This document shows, one piece after another, positions 14,010-27,057 of a stretch of DNA of 64,000 nt. The position numbers and the translations under genes are program-made. The stretch's first letter is position 1. Each line of letters starts with the position of its first letter. Below the pieces are notes generated by a model, which worked only from the letters and a program-made list of their open reading frames with translations, searched no databases and was not told the DNA's origin. The stretch spans positions 161,944,001-162,008,000 of the forward strand of contig OX597814.1 in NCBI GenBank assembly GCA_951406725.2, in the 5' to 3' direction. This DNA is from Octopus vulgaris. Its lineage: Eukaryota.

Positions 14010-14390
14010 GAATTGAGGAGAAATCAAAGCTCTTGGGATTTTGTGATGCAAATAACCTTGACATCTGTAACTTCAAGAAACCAGCTAACCACCTGATCAC
14101 CTACCAATTGGGTGAAAACAGAAGCTAGATGAACTTCGTATCATCAAAATGTGGGACATGCAATTGATTGTGAATGATAAATGTATACCTAGTGCAGATT
14201 GTATCATTCAACATAGAAAAGTGGTTAGTAGTGACTTCAGATTAAGAGCTAGACAGGCACAGAGAATGAAGACAATCTGGAGAAATAAGACTTGGAAACT
14301 GAAAGAGCAAACAACCAGCAATAAGTTTAAAGATATATTGATCAATGCATAGAACAAAGTAGAAGAGATATAAAATAATAATCTACTGAA
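14010..14390 (+). mobile_element. RTE LINE fragment (end of AP-endonuclease region)
   Basis: Translations FCDANNL..FKKPANHLITYQ and KCIPSADCIIQHRKVVSSDFRL..TWKLKE resemble the RTE endonuclease C-terminal part. Confidence 0.65.
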
Positions 14391-14419
14391 GGTGAGAAGA
14401 AATGTTGAACAGGTCTATA

Positions 14420-15835
14420 TTTTCTTGAGTCTTCCTCTTCCACAAATTCATCTACCTTAAGTGATCAGTACTTCTTTATGCACCTGTTCTCATCCATGCA
14501 CATCAGTTCAGTATTCTTTCTAACAGACTAAACTCCTCTTATGACCAGCATTTTCTTCAGCACATTTGCTCTATGCTTGTTCATACTGAGGCAGTATCAT
14601 GTTTTTGCCAGTCTTCTCAAGTCCTCTACATTCAAGTCTTATGTCTCACTATCACGAACATTGCAGTTTTAACACAAGCATCATACAATCTACTCTTCAC
14701 TATGGGAAAATACCTTTGTTGCCAACAACCTTGGTAGCTCTTTAAAATTTCTCCAGTTCATTCTTACTCTCGCTACTATACTTTCAGAACAACCACCTTC
14801 CTTACTAATTACATCTCCTAGTTAACAAAAGCTGTCAACTACTTCTTGTGAGCTCTCTGGGCATTTAAAAGAATCAATTACCAGTGTCCTCATAGCAAGA
14901 ACAGCTCCAGTGCATCTATCACAAACAAAGCTAACATTCTCTGTCAGTTTGCCTGCAATTCCCCTACATCTGCTGTTTTGTCCATAGCTTACACTGAGCA
15001 CAACATATGAAGCTTATACCAACTCTTTTTTTTTGTATGCTGAGCAAAGCCATTTCCCTAAAGATACTAAGGTCCTGTTCTCTTTCCGCCTTACTGAAAA
15101 CCTCATTTTTACTATAATACCTTAAGATTCTTTGATTCTAGGTTTAGCTTCCAAGCTTGGAAAATTCTTTCTAATTCTCCTATAGAGACAGCTTTGGGAA
15201 CTAAATTATTAGCATACAGGAGTTCCCATAGACATCCAATCTATGATGGTTAATAGGTTTATGATGAATAAGAGAGGACTGAGAACTAAGCCCTGATGAA
15301 CACCTACCCGAATACTAATTTTATCACTGAACTCTTTGTTGACACATATCACTCATTGCGTCTTTATACATTACTTGAATAGCCCTCACAAGCCACTCAT
15401 CTATACTTAGTTTCTTTATGGACCAACAAATTATTGAATGTGGTACCCTGTCCAATGCCTTCTCTAAATCAAAAAAAGCCAGGATTAGCAGTTTCTTCTT
15501 GGCCAAATATTTCTCCTGTAGCTGCCTCACTAGGAAGTTTGCATAAGTGGTACCTTTTCTAGACACAAAACTAAACAGCATCTCATTTAGGTTTGCTCTG
15601 TCATGGATCAATCATGGTATATCCCTCATTAAAACTCTCTTCTTGACCTTCATAACCTGACCAAGTAATTTGATTCCTCTGTAGCTGCTTCTCTCTATGG
15701 CATTTCCATTAACTTTATAGCAGTTTACAATGACACTGCTACACCAGTCATTGGGTATGATTCCTTCTTGAATAGCATAACTTACCATCCAGCTGGTAAC
15801 CATATAGCTTACCTCACCTGATATTTTGAGCATAC
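14420..15835 (-). mobile_element. Degenerate RTE LINE reverse transcriptase
   Basis: IPNDWCSSVIVNCYK..SYRGIKLLGQVMKV, FLVRQLQEKYLAKKKLL.LAFFDLEKALDRVP and C-terminal CGRGRLKK; frameshifted. Confidence 0.88.
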
Positions 15836-15874
15836 ATGTACTTGCAAACATGCAAAATTAATCTAAGGGAAATA

Positions 15875-16998
15875 CAGGGTGGTATCAAAAAGTTTTGGGA
15901 CTAGTTCTGGAGTACACCAACAGATAACAGCACACAGTTACATGCCAAGTGAGAGCAAACAGTGAACTTCATGAAGCAGTTGCCAAGTGATATTGTGGTG
16001 TTTACTTTGCAATTTGTGAAATTTGTGTTTTTGTGACCACATATATGCTGCAGTCTGTGATTTTGTCATGGACAGGAAGTTGGAACAAAGAGCCAGCATG
16101 ATATTTTGCATTAAACTTGGGACGTCTACCACAAAGACATTGTGCATGCTTCGGCAAGCTTATGGCAATGAGGCAATGAGTAATATGCAGTGTTTTAAGT
16201 GGCATGGCACTTCAATCAAGTGCAGTTAAATCAAGGGCATACTCATAGTTTTTTAAACATTCATGGTATTGCACACCAAGAATTCATCCCCCAGGGCCAG
16301 ACCATCAACTGTGAGTTCTGTTGCAATGTTTTGATGCATTTGAGGGAGGACATATGGTGAAAGTGACCAGATCTGAGGAGCACAAAGAATTGGATTCTTC
16401 ATGAAAACAATGCACTCTGTCACTGAGTTCTGCTCACTCATGAGTTTCTTGCCAAAATCATGGTCTCACTTCTGCACCTGCCTAATTCACCAGATTTAGC
16501 ACCTGTGGGCTTCCATCTCTTCCCCAAAATGAAAATGCAGCTCAAACAATGTTGTCAAAATCCAGAGCAAATCATAGAAGGTCCTCGACTCACTTTAGGA
16601 AAATTACTTCCAGGCCAGATTCTAAAAGTGGCGGTCATGCTGAGATTGGTGTGTTACTGTGCAAGGTGACTATTTCAAAGGCGGCAAGCTGGCAGAAATG
16701 TTAGCATGCCAGGCAAAATGTTTAGTGGTATTTCGTCTGCCATTATGCTCTGAGTTCAAATTCCGCCGAGGTTGACTTTACCTTTCATCCTTTCGGGGTC
16801 GATAAATTAACTACCAGTTACGTACTGGGGTCGATGTAATTGACTTAATCCCTTTGTCTGTCTTTGTTTGTCCCCTCTATGTTTAGCCCCTTGTGGGCAA
16901 TAAAGAAATAAGGTGACTATTTCAAAGAAGGTGATGTTAAAACTTGGGTAAATAAGTTATTTTTTATTAAACATAACTAACTTTTTCCTATGACCTTG
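15875..16998 (+). mobile_element. Degenerate, internally deleted mariner, family B, interrupted by a SINE
   Basis: TA|CAGGGTGGTATCAAAAAGTTT ... AAACTTTTTCCTATGACCTTG|TA ends. Fragments MDRKLEQRASMIFCIKLG..TLCMLRQAYGNEAMS..CFKWH and HLPNSPDLAPVGFHLFPKMKMQLK. Confidence 0.85.
16681..16909 (+). mobile_element. Full-length SINE family 1 nested in mariner B
   Basis: tRNA-like head with A/B boxes (TGGCAGAAATG; GAGTTCAAATTCC); 18-bp direct repeat AAGGTGACTATTTCAAAG at 16663-16680 and 16910-16927. Confidence 0.9.
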
Positions 16999-17379
16999 TA
17001 ATTCAAATGGACTATTGTTATCATTGTCATCAACATTGTCATTGTCATCATCATCATCGGCATTGACATCAGCATCATCATCCTTATCATCATCATTTTA
17101 ACATCCACTTTTCTATGCTTGCATGGTTTGGATGGAGTTTGTTGAGGCAGATTTGCTATGGCCAAATACTCTTCCTGACACCAACCTTTGCCTGTTTCCA
17201 AGCAGGGTAATATTTCCTTAAGAAAATACATTGATTTGTAGTATATTGGAAATGAATGACACTGCTTGTATGGCAGTGAAAATCATTTACAACTATCCTA
17301 TGATGTCAAGACAAGGATACACAAAGCACACTCTCCAACAAGCATCTGTCTGTAGAAAACTTGCATAGTGCTGCATATA

Positions 17380-17540
17380 ACAGGATTCTTTTGGTTTCCA
17401 TCTACTAAATTCACTCACAAGGCTTTGGTTGGCCTGGGGTTGTAGTACAAGACAGTTGTCCAAGGTGCCATACAGTGGGACTGAACATGGAACCTTGTGG
17501 TTAGGAAGCAAACTTCTTACCACACAGCCATGCTGCCATG
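17380..17540 (-). mobile_element. SINE family 2 (CORE-like) 5' part
   Basis: Reverse complement of GGCTGTGTGGTAAG..GTTCAGTCCCACTG..GGCACCTTGG..CCAAAGCCTTGTGAGTG. Confidence 0.7.
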
Positions 17541-17569
17541 AATTTAGATAATTCATGTAGGCATTGATG

Positions 17570-17960
17570 ATGCATGCACATACGCACACACACACACACA
17601 CACACGCACACACACACTCATGTACACACACACACACACGTACACTAATGTACACACACACAGATTCACACACTCACACCCACGCATGTGTGCATGCACA
17701 TACATGCACACACATGCACACATACACACACACACACATACACACAAACACAAACACACACACACTCATACACACACAGATTCACACACTCACTCCCACA
17801 CATGTGTGTGCTCGCACACACACCCACACAGATTCACAAACACCCACGCATGTGTGTGCGCATACACACGCACACACATACACACACACACATACACTCT
17901 CACACACTCACACGCATCCACACACACACACATCCACACACACACACACACACACACAGA
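17570..17960. repeat. Degenerate (CA)n microsatellite block
   Basis: Read directly. Confidence 0.95.
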
Positions 17961-18248
17961 AAAGAAAAAACAATTCTTAAAGAATCAAAATTTCCTCTTA
18001 GGTAGATAAAGAAAGTAAAAACCTTGTGGTAATTGTTTGTGACACTCACACAGAAGAAGAGATAATTTCAAGACATTAAAAATCAATTTCACAGAAAATT
18101 GAGTTTTCATGCTTAGGGAGATTGTCTGATTTTTATTAGCTAGCAAGATCACAGAATAAAACTCCCATTTAAGTCAATGTTCCTACTATAGATAATTATG
18201 ATAAAGCAATAGAAACTTTCTCTGAAATATTCAAATGTGACAGTTGAG

Positions 18249-18366
18249 TATGTATGTATGTATGTATGTATGTATGTATGTATGTATGTATGTATGTATG
18301 TATGTATGTATGTATGTATGCATATATGTTTGTATGTATGTATATATATATATGTATATGTATATG

Positions 18367-18430
<64 letters not shown>
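18249..18430. repeat. (TATG)n + (TA)n microsatellite
   Basis: Read directly. Confidence 0.95.
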
Positions 18431-18431
<1 letters not shown>

Positions 18432-18519
18432 ATACTTTAGCTTCTCAGAGATCAATCAGATTTACAATATTTTATTCTAAACAATAAGCTTATTCCACCA
18501 ACAATACTTCTGACAAGCA

Positions 18520-19599
18520 TCCTCCTCCTCCTCCTCCTCCTCCTCATCATCATCATCATCATCATCATCATCGTCACCACCACCACCGCTTTCACCACCA
18601 CCACTGCCATCACCACCACCACCACCACCACCACTAGCACCACCACCGCCGCCGCCACCACCACCACCACCACCATCATCATTTAACATCTGCTTTCTAT
18701 GCTGGCACGGGTTGGATGGTTTGACAGGAATCAATCATTTGTTTCAGTATGGTTTCTATTGCTGGATGCCCTTCATCTTGCCAACCACATTACAGAGTGT
18801 ACTGGGTGCTTTTTATGTGGCACCAGCACAAAAGCTTTTTATGCGCTGCTGGCAGAGGTACTATTTTACTTGACAGTGGTATTGATGCTCCTTACATGGT
18901 ACCAAGACAGGTGCTTTTATGCAGTACCAGCATGGGTGCTTTTTACATGGCACCAGTACCTACGGATGGGGTGGGCAGGGGGTGCTAAGTGACCGGCAAG
19001 ATAAGGACATCTCAGTTGAGAGAAGAAGAAAAACTAAGAGTAAGAGGGAGGGTCTCAGTGAGAGAGAACTGTCTTACTACAGAAGAGATACTTGGATACC
19101 TCCGTAGGACGAGGAAGAGGAGGGAGGTGAGAGGAAGAGGGAAACAGAAAGAGAGAGAGAGAGAAGGAGAGAGAAGGAGAGAGAGACGGAGAGAGAAGAG
19201 AGAGAAGGAGGGCAAGAGAAGGAGAGAGAGAGTCTGAGTGAGGGAGAGCTGTTTTTCTGCAGAGATACATGACTATCCCTGTAGAACAAAGAAGCAGGGG
19301 AAGGTGGAAGAAAGAGAGAAAAAGACAGAGACAGTCAGAGTGTGAGAGAGAAAGAGAGGGCATACTTGCACTGGTGGGGGGAACACTAGTAAGGGGAGTA
19401 TAAGTAGTAAGGGGAGTATAAGTAGCAAAGAGAGGATGGAGGAGATATTTAGAGTTAGCAAGTGATGTTGAGAGGGATTGGAGGGGCCACGACTGGGTGG
19501 TGGGGGTTTTGTGGGAGATGGTTGTGAGTGAGTTTTGCCAAAGCACAGAGTTGTGTATGCATGTGTGTGTGTGTGTTTGTGTGTGTGCATGTGTGTGTG

Positions 19600-19657
<58 letters not shown>

Positions 19658-20140
19658 CATGTGTGTGTGTGTGAGGTGAATGGTAGATTATAGCTGTAAA
19701 GGACATGCCTTTATATAACGGATGGTCATGATTTTACTTAGCTTGATATGTCTTCTCAAGGACAGCAAATTACCAGAAGTCTCAGTCCTTTGTTATCTCC
19801 TCAGTGAGGTTCAATATCTGAAGATCCTTTCTCATCCCTTCATCCTATGTCTTCCTGGGTCTACCCTTTCCACATGTTCCTTCCACAATTAGATATCAGC
19901 ACTTCTTTATTGCAGCTGTCCTCATCCATGCACATCACATGACCACACTTGCATGGTCTCTTGCACACAACATCTGATGCTTCTTATACCCAACCTTTCT
20001 CTTTAATCATTTACACTCTGTCATACATGCACATTGACATTAACCATCGAGCAGAACATGCTGACATTATTTTTTTTAAGCCTTCTCAAGTCCACTGCAG
20101 TCACAGTCTATGTTTTGCTATCATGTAGCATAGCTGTTCA
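18520..20140 (-). mobile_element. RTE LINE 3' portion with expanded (CCT/CAT/CAC)n tail and purine-rich/(TG)n interruption
   Basis: Tail at 18520-18682, then the 3'UTR motif. The RT C-terminus resumes at ~19720-20140 (minus strand GTCGKGRPRKT, WSCDVHG). Confidence 0.7.
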
Positions 20141-20164
20141 TATATATATATATATATATATATC

Positions 20165-20190
20165 ATCAATCAACATCATCATCATCATCG

Positions 20191-20223
<33 letters not shown>

Positions 20224-20541
20224 TCATCATCATAAACATTTAACATCCATTTTCCATGCTGGTATGGATTGGATGGCTTAACAGGAACTGGCAAGGCTAG
20301 GGGCCACACCAGATTCCATAGTCTGTTTTGGCTTGGTTTCTTTAGCTGGATGCCCTTCCTAATGCCAACCACTTCACAGTATACTGATGCTTTTTACATG
20401 ACACTAGCACCTACACTAATGCTTTTTATGTGGCACCTTGATTTTAGGATATCAATTCTGTTGTGGTGTGTAGGTCTTCTTGAGTACAGAAATGCACCAC
20501 ATTCTTTGGTTCTTTGTCATCTCTTTCATAAGGCTCAGCAT
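20165..20541 (-). mobile_element. RTE LINE 3' end
   Basis: (CAT)n tail plus TTTAACATCCATTTTCCATGCTGG 3'UTR motif. Confidence 0.7.
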
Positions 20542-20554
20542 GTGTGTATATATA

Positions 20555-20600
<46 letters not shown>

Positions 20601-20607
<7 letters not shown>

Positions 20608-21480
20608 AGAGGGAGATAGAAATGACTATTTCTTTGCATGCTGAAAATATATGCTTTAATAAAACAGCTATAATTCACCTTGATATGAAAAAAGCTGTCG
20701 CCAGGCAAGATGAACAGAATAATTCTTTTTAAAAATTACTGAGTTAATAGTGTAATATAGTTTTGGGTTTAACTTACAAATTAAATAAATTAATTTAAAA
20801 AAGTTAATTTAATTTAAATTTGTCTACTATGACCTTCCTCAGCATTATCCCTCCATATTTATGAAAAATATGAATAATTTTAAATATATTACCCTATTCA
20901 TTCACAGCCATTTGAATTTCAAGGTATAATAATATTTCAAAACATGAGTGAAAGAAAGCTAAACTTCCTTATCAAGTTTCAACATGCTTCTGCCTAGTGG
21001 CAAAATCAAATATACATATATAAAAAGAGAGGGAAATAGAAATGACTATTTCCTTGCATGTTGAAAAATAGATACTTAATGAAAAATCTATAATTCACCT
21101 TGATATAAAAAAAAGCTGTCAGCAGGCAGGATGAACAGAATAATTCTTTTTAAAAATTACTGTGAGTTAATAGTGTACTACAGTTTCAGGTTTAACTTCC
21201 AAATTAAATTAATTAATTTTTTAAAAATTTAATTAATTTAAATTTGTCATAGGCGTAGGAGTGGCTGTGTGGTAAGTAGTTTGCTTATCAACTACATGGT
21301 TCCGGGTTCAGTCCCAGTGCGTGGTGCCTTGGGCAAGTGTCTTCTTCTATAGCCTCGGGCTGACCAAAGCCTTGTAAGTGGATTTGGTAGAAACTGAAAG
21401 AAGCCCATCATATATATGTGTATGTATGTGTGTGTGTGTGTGTGTGCGTGCATGCATGTGTGTGTGTGTGTGTGCATGCA

Positions 21481-21514
<34 letters not shown>

Positions 21515-21753
21515 CTTGTGTGTCTGTGTTTGTCCCCACAACATTGCTTGACAACTGATGCTGTTGTGTTTACTTCCCCGTAACTTAGAGGTTCAGCAAA
21601 AAGAGGCCAATAGAATAAGTACTAGGCTTACAAACAATAAGTTCTGGGGGTCGATTTGCTCGACTAAAGGCAGTGCTCCAGCATGGCCACTGAAACACGT
21701 AAAAGAGTAAAAGAGTAAAGAGAGTATAACCTTCCTCAGCACTATCCCTCCAT
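20601..21753 (+). repeat. Local direct duplication (~260 bp aligned, ~420-bp period); second copy split by a SINE
   Basis: 20601-20858 recurs at ~21018-21248 and resumes at 21726-21753 (ACCTTCCTCAGCA.TATCCCTCCATAT). Confidence 0.8.
21249..21725 (+). mobile_element. Full-length SINE family 2 (tRNA head, CORE-like domain, internal (TG)n, (AAAAGAGT)n tail)
   Basis: GGAGTGGCTGTGTGGTAAG (A box) and GGGTTCAGTCCC (B box); CCTTGGGCAAGT CORE-like motif; tail GTAAAAGAGTAAAAGAGTAAAG. Confidence 0.85.
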
Positions 21754-22646
21754 ATAGTGGAGTGAATTATATCAAGATGAATTATGTATTTATATCTTTC
21801 CAAGTCCTAGCTCACTTTTTCTCTAAAGATGGAACAGATTACCATGAAAATGATGGTTGTGGACTCCTTGCAGGAAATTGCACCAATTGCACATCTATTC
21901 TTGAAACAGCTGTAAGATGCACATCTTCTTCCTTCTTATCCAGCTTTGGATTCTGGACTTTACTTGTGATGACCTACCTTAACCTACTATTTAATAACAA
22001 TAATACAGACTTTCCTTGTAACTGTTCTGGGAGAATGCCAGCATGCATCACAACCATTATGAACATACCTGAACTGATTTTTTTTATTGATATCATTAGA
22101 TCTATACTCCTGAAACATTTCAGATCCCTTTCTATCTTCAAGCTATGTCAATGCATAAATATCATAATCTGACCAGATACCAGTTGTTTGCCTGTCTATA
22201 TTTTTATGACACACATACATGTATATATATATATATATATGGCTTAACTGGTCAAAACTTCAAAGCCACTGCCCATAGTATTCTTGTTTAAGAATAAGAA
22301 ATCTGTACTCTACAAAAGTATTGAGTAACCCCATCAAATTAATGTAAAGTTGTTTTTATTAAACCTGAACATAAAACACACACAATGATGAGGCAAATTC
22401 ATAAGCATGTAATTTTCAGCAAATAATTATGTTGCCCAGTCAGTTGAATTAATGAAATATTTGTGTGTCTTATGAAGCTTAAAATACCAAATATGTTTTC
22501 TGTATTTTAACAATACTCTGTGTGTGTGTGTGTGCACGCATGTGCTTGGGAAAGTGAACATTAAGATGATGATAATGATAAGGGGATACATACATATATG
22601 TATATGTGTGTATATGTGTGTATGTGCATGCATGTGTGTGTATGTG

Positions 22647-22679
<33 letters not shown>

Positions 22680-22900
22680 ATTATAAAGAGAAGAAAATGC
22701 ACAAATTCTTTTGTATTGTAATTAATGAAATTATTCCAGAATACATTATTACATGTTCCAAAATGTTTTATTACATACCAATTTCATGTCTCATGGAATT
22801 TAGTCATTTTAATGTACATGTGTAAGGTCTGACTGTTAGCTTTCAGTTAAGATATACAGATATATTATGTAGCATTGAAGAGAAGTAATAGATGCACTTG

Positions 22901-24421
22901 GTAACAATGGAAAAAGTTCTTTGGCTGACCAAGATATTCTCAGGGAATGTGACCAAATGAGGTTTATTTTTCAACATAGCCTGCCTTGTGGTCCAAAGAG
23001 TTCTTCTATTGATGTTGCAGTACTTGGATCGCATTAGTGAAGAAGCTGTCTTCCTGTTGGTCAAGCAAAGTCAGCAACAACAGATATGACATCATCATCA
23101 CTGTGATACTCATTCCCAGCCAAGTGTTTCACAGATGATAGTCAGATGGGGTGAAATGAGGAGAATAGGAATGCTGATCAACCATTTCAAAGCCACGGTC
23201 ATGCACAGGGGCTATTGAAGTTAAGGACTTGTATACAGAGCATTTTCCTCATGAAACAAGACACCTTTTGTTAGTTCTCCTTAGTGTTTAGTCTTATTAG
23301 CCTTTTGTAACTGCATTGGCAAGTTAGAATTGTACTCTTCATTGACAGTGTGGCCTTTTTGGAGATAGTCAATGAGCAATGCCTTTTGCAGCCCCAAAAT
23401 CTCAGGCCATCACCTTCCCTGCAAATGAAACAAACTTGGCCATCTTTGGAGCAAGGGAGGAGAGATGTTTACATTGTATGTATAGCTTCTTTGTCTCTGG
23501 CTCAAAGTGATGAACCCAACACTCATCCTAGGCATGGAAATGTTCAAGAAAACCAGCAGGATCTGCCTCAAACAATCTCAGATTTTCCCATGATGTTATC
23601 AGCCTGGTGTGCTTATCATCAGGTGTCAGAAGACATGGCAGCCACTGAACAGAAACCTTCATTGTGCCAAGTTCATGGTACAGAATATTCTCAACCCTCA
23701 TGGGATATGCTAATGACATTGGCTATTTGATATATAGTTAATCGCCTGTCATCCATCACCTTGTGGTGAACATGATCAATGTTTTCCTCAGTGGTGGAAG
23801 TTGCAGATCTTCAGTCATCTTCAAAACTCTCTCTTTCTCTCTTAAATTTAGTTACCCACTTTTGCACTTTTGATAAAGCTAGAGCATCATCCTTTAATGT
23901 AGCAATTATGTTAGCATGTATGTTGTTGGAGGTATAACCCCTCTTCTGCAGGTACTTATTTTCTTTTTTTATTTTCTTTATTGCCCACAAGGGGCTAAAC
24001 ACAGAGGGTACAAACAAGGACAGACAAAGGGATTAAATCAATTACATCGATATCAGTGCGTAACTGGTACTTAATTTTATCGACCCTGAAAGGCAAAGTC
24101 GACCTCGGCAGAATTTGAACTCAGAACGTAACGGCAGACGAAATACAGCTAAGCATTTCGCCTGGTGTGCTAATGTTTCTGCCAGCTTGCCACCTTTCTT
24201 CTGCAGGTACTTGATAACACCACAATGCCGAATTTTGTCCATTTTCAAGAGAATTCACTACCAGTTACTTTTGAAGTGTTTTCTGAACAGTCAGATGTCA
24301 CTTTACCTGGAAAAAATAATGCACTTATTAACAAGTAGAGTTGAAATTAATGCATGCAAGATTCTAAAGCTGTAGCATCACTTCTTCATAGTCAGTCTAT
24401 GAACATTTCAACACATCTTCA
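22901..24421 (-). mobile_element. Near full-length degenerate mariner, family A, interrupted by a SINE
   Basis: MDKIRHCGVIKYLQK, ENILYHELGTMKVSVQWLPCLLT (WVP-like motif) and RLFEADPAGFL; degenerate TIRs at both ends. Confidence 0.88.
23958..24196 (-). mobile_element. SINE family 1 nested in mariner A
   Basis: Perfect 16-bp TSD TCTTCTGCAGGTACTT at 23942-23957 and 24197-24212. Confidence 0.9.
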
Positions 24422-25659
24422 TGCATACTTTAAATATTCAAAGACAAATGTACAAATCTATTTTAACAAACAATATTTAAATTTAAAATGTGTCATAATT
24501 ATTGATTTAAACTTGGTTTATATTCTATTATAAAAACAATCTCTTTTTAAGCCTATTAGAGACTAGTAACTTGTCAATCATTTGTTTTTTTGTCTTTTTG
24601 GTGTGTGTGTGTCTAAGTGTGGGGAGGGCCAAGCTGAATATATGACAATTTTTCCCTGTTGTCAATTGTATGAAAATAATGTATCATGACATGTATTAAA
24701 AAAAAATAGCCTGTCATAGACAAATGGTCTGTGAACCATATTTTGGCTATCTGAAAGAACTTATGAATCTCACTTTCTGGTTTTATTGTCACCAATAGCT
24801 ATAGGCAAGTTGTCACATTTTGCTTTATTCACCATTTAACTTCACCCTTGACTTGACTTCTCCAAAAGTCCAAAAGTGTGTAAGTTATCAACAATATATT
24901 TACTGCTGTCAGATATTTGCTCATAAATATGGTTACTTTATAGACATGAGCACATGTATGTATATATTCTATAATACTTACCACATTGCATTATTCTATT
25001 AACTTTATAAACAATAAATATATATGTACTTTTCTGCAACACATTATCCATTTGGCTAAGTAAAACACAAATATTTATATACATTTTTTACACATTTACA
25101 TAGAATTGCCATGATTAATGTTATAAATTGAGGTTTTCCACATTTGAATCCTGTCTGATCTTAATCTGTAAGTTAGAGCACTTGCTGTGCAATAATTATT
25201 GCTTCATATATTGTCCTAACTTGGAGATGGTCATTTTATTTATTTATTTATTCATTTTTTGGCCAATTAAACACACGCAGTATTTATTTGATCTTCACTT
25301 TAGTTTTATTCATATTATTTTTAGTTTATACATCTGTCAAAGTTCTTTCATCAAATATTCTGTGACCTCATCATTGACTCTCAGTCCCATGTGTCTCCTC
25401 CTGTCCTGCTTTGTTTCATCAATAAGGTCAGAAGAGATCTATTTTCTGCTTAGCATGTTGATATGCTTTAAATAAAAGGGGAAAATTATATATAATTCAT
25501 TATTGTTATTTCTATGAATGTTCTTTTAATTTCCAATAATCTCATAAGAACCAAAAAGGAAGTCATCTTTGATACAAAGTGGTATAATTCAAGTTATTTC
25601 TGTTCATTGCATCAATGTGTGTGTGTGTGTGTATGTGTTTACATATATACATATATAAA

Positions 25660-25807
25660 TTATAGCTTGCATCCCAGCCACACAGTTCCAGGCTCAATCT
25701 CACTGTGTGACACTTCGGACAAGTGTCTTCTTCTATAACCTCAGACTGACCAAAGCCTAGCGAGTAGATTTGGTAGATGGAAACTGAAAGAAGCCTGTTG
25801 TATATAC

Positions 25808-25887
<80 letters not shown>

Positions 25888-26135
25888 ATATGTATATGAT
25901 CTATCTATCTATCTATCTATCTATCTACCTATCTATCTATCTGTCTGTCTGTCTGTTTGTCTATCTATTTATCTGTCTGTCTGATTATCTATGATATATA
26001 TATGGATATATGTGGATATATGTATTGTATGTGCATGTGTCTTTCTCTCTGTCATTGTCTACCACCACCACCAAATTCTTCAAGGTGATGCCCCAGCATG
26101 GTAGCAGTCTAATGACTAAAACAAGTAAAAAGATA
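25660..26135 (+). mobile_element. Degenerate SINE family 2 with internal (TATC)n expansion
   Basis: GACCAAAGCC..GATTTGGTAGATGGAAACTGAAAGAAGCC, then (CTAT)n, then CCCCAGCATGG..AATGACTAAAACAAGTAAAAG 3' part. Confidence 0.65.
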
Positions 26136-26140
26136 GAAGA

Positions 26141-26196
<56 letters not shown>

Positions 26197-26306
26197 ATAT
26201 AAATATATATATATATATAAGTGTATGTATGTATATATATATGTATATACATATATATATATGTGTGTGTATGTATGTATGTATATATATATGTGTGTGT
26301 GTGTGT

Positions 26307-26341
<35 letters not shown>

Positions 26342-26610
26342 TGTATATGTGAGCTCACTTTATCATGCTGGCTGTATATAATTTTTGCATGCTCATTTTG
26401 ACGTAAGAGCTTAGCAGAGATTCACGCATGAACGAACAGAAAACTCTACAACTCAACAAATAGTTTCACCCAGTTATAGCTTCAAACATTAGTCATTATA
26501 CTCTACCCCAACACTAATGTTAAGCATATAAAGTCACACCTACTACTCAAGAAGCCAGTATAATAAAGCTGACCACAAGCAAAACTTGAAAGGTATTGTC
26601 AACCTTTCCC

Positions 26611-26656
<46 letters not shown>

Positions 26657-26993
26657 AATAAATCTCTGAGCGAGATATAAACAGTAACTGCTCTATAACA
26701 TAAGGGGGATCAGCCATCTGACTGTGGCTATGGTCAGGGCGGGGTGGTGGGGGTGTTACTGATGCATTTAGCCCCAGGCGAACATCAACGTCACCAGAAG
26801 GGCTGACACCATCTCGGTGTCCTTGCCAGCCTGCAAAGGGAGATCAGCCTCCCCGAAGATACGGATACTACATACGGACTGGTTTCGAGGTTATTGCCTC
26901 ATTATTGTTTTCGAACGGATTTTCTACGCCAGTGACTGTGGTTACTGTGAAAATCTATATATCCAGCCTGTAGAGGAAGTCCCTCAACGAAGA

Positions 26994-27057
26994 GCGGTGC
27001 TTACCATACGTTGACAAGAGGCAATAACCTCGAAACCGGTCCGTATGTAGTATCCGT
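26994..27057 (+). ncRNA. Minimal type I hammerhead ribozyme, copy 1 (U3-A8 variant)
   Basis: Stem I CATACG(27005-10)/CGTATG(27042-47), extendable with bulges to 26994/27057. Core TTGACAA; stem II GAGG-caataa-CCTC; GAAA; palindromic stem III ACCGGT; predicted cleavage after GUC at 27041. Confidence 0.8.

Noticed and set aside
16681-16770. tRNA gene candidates at SINE heads
   Set aside because: A/B boxes are present but continue into SINE body and tail with TSDs; no complete cloverleaf.
18477-18734. Gly/Asp/Glu-rich acidic ORF
   Set aside because: It is the translation of the expanded trinucleotide tail of an RTE element.
21762-22172. 136-aa Cys/Asn-rich plus-strand ORF
   Set aside because: GTG start, no recognisable domain and no supporting neighbouring exons; cannot be supported as coding.
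25337-25439. Protein-like minus-strand stretch ISSDLIDETKQDRRRHMGLRVNDEVTEYLMKEL*
   Set aside because: The acceptor lacks a polypyrimidine tract and no homolog was recognised.
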